Virus record (IMG/VR): IMGVR_UViG_3300016667_000367 | Span: 1-64,000 of that record | Strand: one strand, 5' to 3' | Source of the DNA: a virus | Length of the DNA stretch: 64,000 nt | Shown here: positions 61,354 to 64,000 of the stretch, piece by piece | Layout: the number at the start of each line of letters is the position of its first letter | How positions within the stretch are numbered: the first letter of the stretch is position 1 | Translations under genes and position numbers: made by a program | Notes under the pieces: generated by a model | What the model was told of the DNA's origin: nothing | Seen by the model: only the letters and a program-made list of their open reading frames with translations | The model's database searches: none

Positions 61354-62463
61354 TTATTGCTTTTGCTTGGCTTTTAGAAGTTTTGCCACAGCAGATTCTT
61401 GAATAACTGGAGCCTCATCTTGAACTGAAGCACCTTGCTCTTCAAATAGAGCGGACTTTTCAACAACTTCCTGAATTTCAGCTAGGGTGCTTACTACAGC
61501 GTTGAAATCCTCATCGGAGCATTCCTTGATAGCCTTGAAGATAACTTCAGAACGTGCAGCGTGTTTAACGGCAGCGTCCAGAGATGACTTACGTGACTTT
61601 AGGATAGCTTCCTTCTTTTCAGCTTGGAATTGATTGATCAGGTCTTGTGCCTTCTGTAGTTCAACCTTCATCTCTTCGTGAGCTTTCATGATTGACTCAA
61701 ATTGCGCCTTCTCAACCATTTCTACATTCTGTTCTTTTTGAACTTCTTGCATATCGGTCATAGGGGTTTCCTTATTTGATTTACTAACTTCAGAGGGTTC
61801 AACCTCCTTACTTACCTCGCTAGCGATTGAGGTGGTATCTTCCTCTGCTGCAGTAGCAACAGCCTTAGATTTGTTTACTGACTTAGCGTCAATTGATTCC
61901 TTGCTTAGACCAGCAGCTTTCTCTGCTCTTGCGATCTTACGGAATGCTTTCTCGATACGAGCCTGATCTTGAAGGATTGCTAGATAGTCATCTTCATGCA
62001 TCTTCATTAGATCTTCAACTAGCTCTTCTGATTCCTGCATTGACTTCATAATCTCAAAGGCTTCTAGTTGGGACTTGATCCAATCCTCGTACTCAGAACC
62101 TTCTGGCTCTTCAGGCATTTCAGGATCAATCATCTCTTCCTTCATGTCGAGTTCTTCTTCCTGAGCTTGAAGTTCAGCCATATCCATCTGGACAGTCTTA
62201 TAACCCATAGCACGAGCTAGGACTTCAGCTTGCTCTTGGTACATACCAAAGAAGCGAGATAGGAATTCCTCAATAGGCATTGTTACTTTTACTTGTGATG
62301 CCTTGGCTAGGAATTCATCTGATAGATTCTTGTTCTTTAGGATTGCTAGGGTTGTACCATTTGCAGGCCCTCCCTGCTTAGTGCTGACTAGGGCAATATG
62401 AGAACCCTCTGAATCAAAGGAAATGTTTGACAGTTTCCTTTTAGCTTTTCGTTGTAGTGTCAT
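61354..62463 (-). CDS. scaffolding protein (acidic coiled coil)
   Basis: ELQAQEEELDMKEEMIDPEMPEEPEGSEYED; position upstream of capsid. Confidence 0.55.
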   Translation of the reverse strand: MTLQRKAKRKLSNISFDSEGSHIALVSTKQGGPANGTTLAILKNKNLSDEFLAKASQVKVTMPIEEFLSRFFGMYQEQAEVLARAMGYKTVQMDMAELQAQEEELDMKEEMIDPEMPEEPEGSEYEDWIKSQLEAFEIMKSMQESEELVEDLMKMHEDDYLAILQDQARIEKAFRKIARAEKAAGLSKESIDAKSVNKSKAVATAAEEDTTSIASEVSKEVEPSEVSKSNKETPMTDMQEVQKEQNVEMVEKAQFESIMKAHEEMKVELQKAQDLINQFQAEKKEAILKSRKSSLDAAVKHAARSEVIFKAIKECSDEDFNAVVSTLAEIQEVVEKSALFEEQGASVQDEAPVIQESAVAKLLKAKQKQ

Positions 62464-63248
62464 TCATCTTCCTTTTCAATAATTTCGCAATTAGCCATAG
62501 CACCAATGCTGATACCGTTAATATCGCCTGACTTAACTAATTCCCATAGACTGTCATCCTTGACTTGCAGTGTCATTAGCCAAGTACCTTTAGAAACGAA
62601 TTCATCATTGAGGATAAAATCAACAGGTGCTAGGTAGGACTCAAGAACTTCAAACTTGTCAGTCATTGATACATGAAATAAGTTAGCTCTCTTCTCGGAT
62701 CTATTAAATGACTCCATAGCTTTTCTTACTTCATCCGCTGATGTGTAATCACCATGAAGATCTACTGAATCAGGTAGCATTGCAATAAAGGTGCATTGCT
62801 TTAATTCCTGATTTGCAGCTTTAGTAATCTGAACTCCAAACTCAGCTTCAAGTTCTTCATCAGTCATTGGATCAACTGACTTAATGATTCCTTCTTGACG
62901 TAGGATATTTCTAGCCCATGAAAGACCAGCAGGTCCGCTCCAGAGTAAAAATGCTTGTGTACCTGGAGTTAGATTTCCAGATGCTGTGCGTTCATTAGGC
63001 TTGTAGTATGCTTTGGCTCTGCTAAGAAATGAATACATTCTCTTAACTGACTCAAGAGATAGATCACCGTTGATGATGTCTCTAGCCCGAGCTACACCGG
63101 AACCAACCCCTGCAGCTTTAGCTTCTTTAGCATCAAATCCACCCTTCTGAGATTTTGGTGCCTTCTGTCTAGCTTCAAGACCGCGCTTTGCATTATTTCG
63201 CATTGCCTCTGTCGGGGTATAACTTTTAGCTTTTTCTATTTCTTCCAT
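62460..63248 (-). CDS. head morphogenesis protein, possibly prohead protease (262 aa)
   Basis: gene order only (upstream of scaffold). Confidence 0.3.
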   Translation of the reverse strand: MEEIEKAKSYTPTEAMRNNAKRGLEARQKAPKSQKGGFDAKEAKAAGVGSGVARARDIINGDLSLESVKRMYSFLSRAKAYYKPNERTASGNLTPGTQAFLLWSGPAGLSWARNILRQEGIIKSVDPMTDEELEAEFGVQITKAANQELKQCTFIAMLPDSVDLHGDYTSADEVRKAMESFNRSEKRANLFHVSMTDKFEVLESYLAPVDFILNDEFVSKGTWLMTLQVKDDSLWELVKSGDINGISIGAMANCEIIEKEDE

Positions 63249-63297
63249 ATATTCCCTTAAAGCCTTGCTACAAAATATTACGCATAGCTAATAAAAA

Positions 63298-63327
63298 TAT
63301 TATAGCATAATTGATTTGTAAAAATCA
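63298..63327 (-). promoter_or_regulatory. sigma70-like promoter TTGATT-18-TATAAT inside the structural operon
   Basis: minus strand ttgatttttacaaatcaattatgctataat in the 110-nt gap. Confidence 0.4.
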
Positions 63328-63357
63328 AGACAAATAATTTTGAGTAATAAGCAGTGA

Positions 63358-64000
63358 TTAACCAGCAAACATCAGTCTAAATGCAGGCATAGTTACAGTT
63401 CCCGGAGTAGTCCCTGGTAAATCAGTAGTCCTCAGAGAGATAGTAGCATCACCCCAGATGTAGAATCTAATCTTAGTTCCAGTTGGATAGTATCTTGCTG
63501 CTGCAATAGTCAGTTGAGTTTCCTGAGCATTAGGTAGATCTAGTTTTCTTGCTGAGTACCTACTGATGGTCCAATTACCACCTGCAGGTTTCTCTTCAGC
63601 ATAGAAATACATCTGCTTGTTACTTGCACTAGGTTGAGCATTAAACAGGATTGACACAGCATACGAAGCACTATCTGTAATCTCAAGTTCACCTGTTAGT
63701 GCATTGTAGTTAAAACCATCGTTATATCCAATTGTAGGTGCTAGATAGATCTGAGGCATTGTAGGTAGAGTGACAGTAGGTCTAGTATCAAGCAAGATAA
63801 CAGACGGATGCCACTCGTACTTATCAATACTGACATAGATCTTACCCTCTGTAGTATGACTACTTAGTACTGTACCAATCTCAACGATGTAGTTAGGTTG
63901 CAATGGCTGGATATTAGTTAAACCACCAGAAGCTGTATCAAGATATAAGATAGTGCCTTCAGTATATGCTGAAGTATTAAGGTCATGGACTACACCTGAT
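63358..64000 (-). CDS. structural protein, partial: frame stays open upstream of the track's TTG to the window edge
   Basis: no in-frame stop between 63903 and 64000 on the minus strand. Confidence 0.4.
   Translation of the reverse strand, partial: SGVVHDLNTSAYTEGTILYLDTASGGLTNIQPLQPNYIVEIGTVLSSHTTEGKIYVSIDKYEWHPSVILLDTRPTVTLPTMPQIYLAPTIGYNDGFNYNALTGELEITDSASYAVSILFNAQPSASNKQMYFYAEEKPAGGNWTISRYSARKLDLPNAQETQLTIAAARYYPTGTKIRFYIWGDATISLRTTDLPGTTPGTVTMPAFRLMFAG

Overview
This 64-kb window reads as most of a virulent, AT-rich (about 38% GC) tailed dsDNA phage genome with strong Shine-Dalgarno sites. It splits into strand-specific blocks. Nothing here resembles CRISPR, rRNA, integrase or IS elements; all calls are from reading the sequence and ORF translations, with no database searches run.

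Blocks:
- 1-4315 (minus): a frameshift-riddled terminase-like N-terminal fragment at the left edge, a zinc-ribbon-repeat/GIY-YIG-like protein, a cluster of at least four tRNAs, and small genes.
- 4455-9264 (plus): early genes, including a P-loop NTPase, a PhoH-like ATPase, a homing endonuclease of the HNH-AP2 type, and a ClpP-like protease.
- 9270-12700: a GC-rich (about 50%) convergently transcribed island with four small minus-strand genes. These include an acidic Ocr/ArdA-like protein and a Cys-rich 253-aa protein. The cassettes have near-identical stem-loop 5' leaders, flanked by about 0.9 kb and 0.6 kb of ORF-free structured DNA.
- 12704-24104 (minus): about 35 small early genes. They include ThyX, a dCMP deaminase plus a second CDA-fold deaminase, an SPFH lipoprotein and a secreted SleB-like hydrolase. 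A second GC-rich mosaic patch (22.1-24.0 kb) carries a paralog family with one frameshifted copy. A 28-bp promoter-like motif recurs in at least four intergenic positions.
- 24733-44979 (plus): T7-like replication and nucleotide-metabolism module:
  - Enzymes: macro-domain protein, ATP-dependent DNA ligase, Rnl2-like RNA ligase, gp4-like primase-helicase preceded by split zinc-ribbon fragments and an in-frame TAA, family-A DNA polymerase, gp2.5-like SSB, 5'-3' exonuclease, Endo VII-like resolvase, NrdB, glutaredoxin.
  - NrdA is interrupted by a 332-aa LAGLIDADG intein at the catalytic Cys.
  - Three free-standing homing endonucleases, two with their own TTGACA-17-TAxxxT promoters.
  - tRNA-Arg and an unusual 101-nt tRNA-like gene.
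- 45019-64000 (minus): lysis cassette and a siphovirus-type structural module. It contains two fibre proteins, a 1771-aa tape measure, and tail chaperones with a probable +1 frameshift. Then come the major tail, connector proteins, a GIY-YIG/HNH/AP2 endonuclease inserted beside the major capsid gene, a decoration protein, a scaffold and a protease-like protein. A partial gene runs off the right edge.
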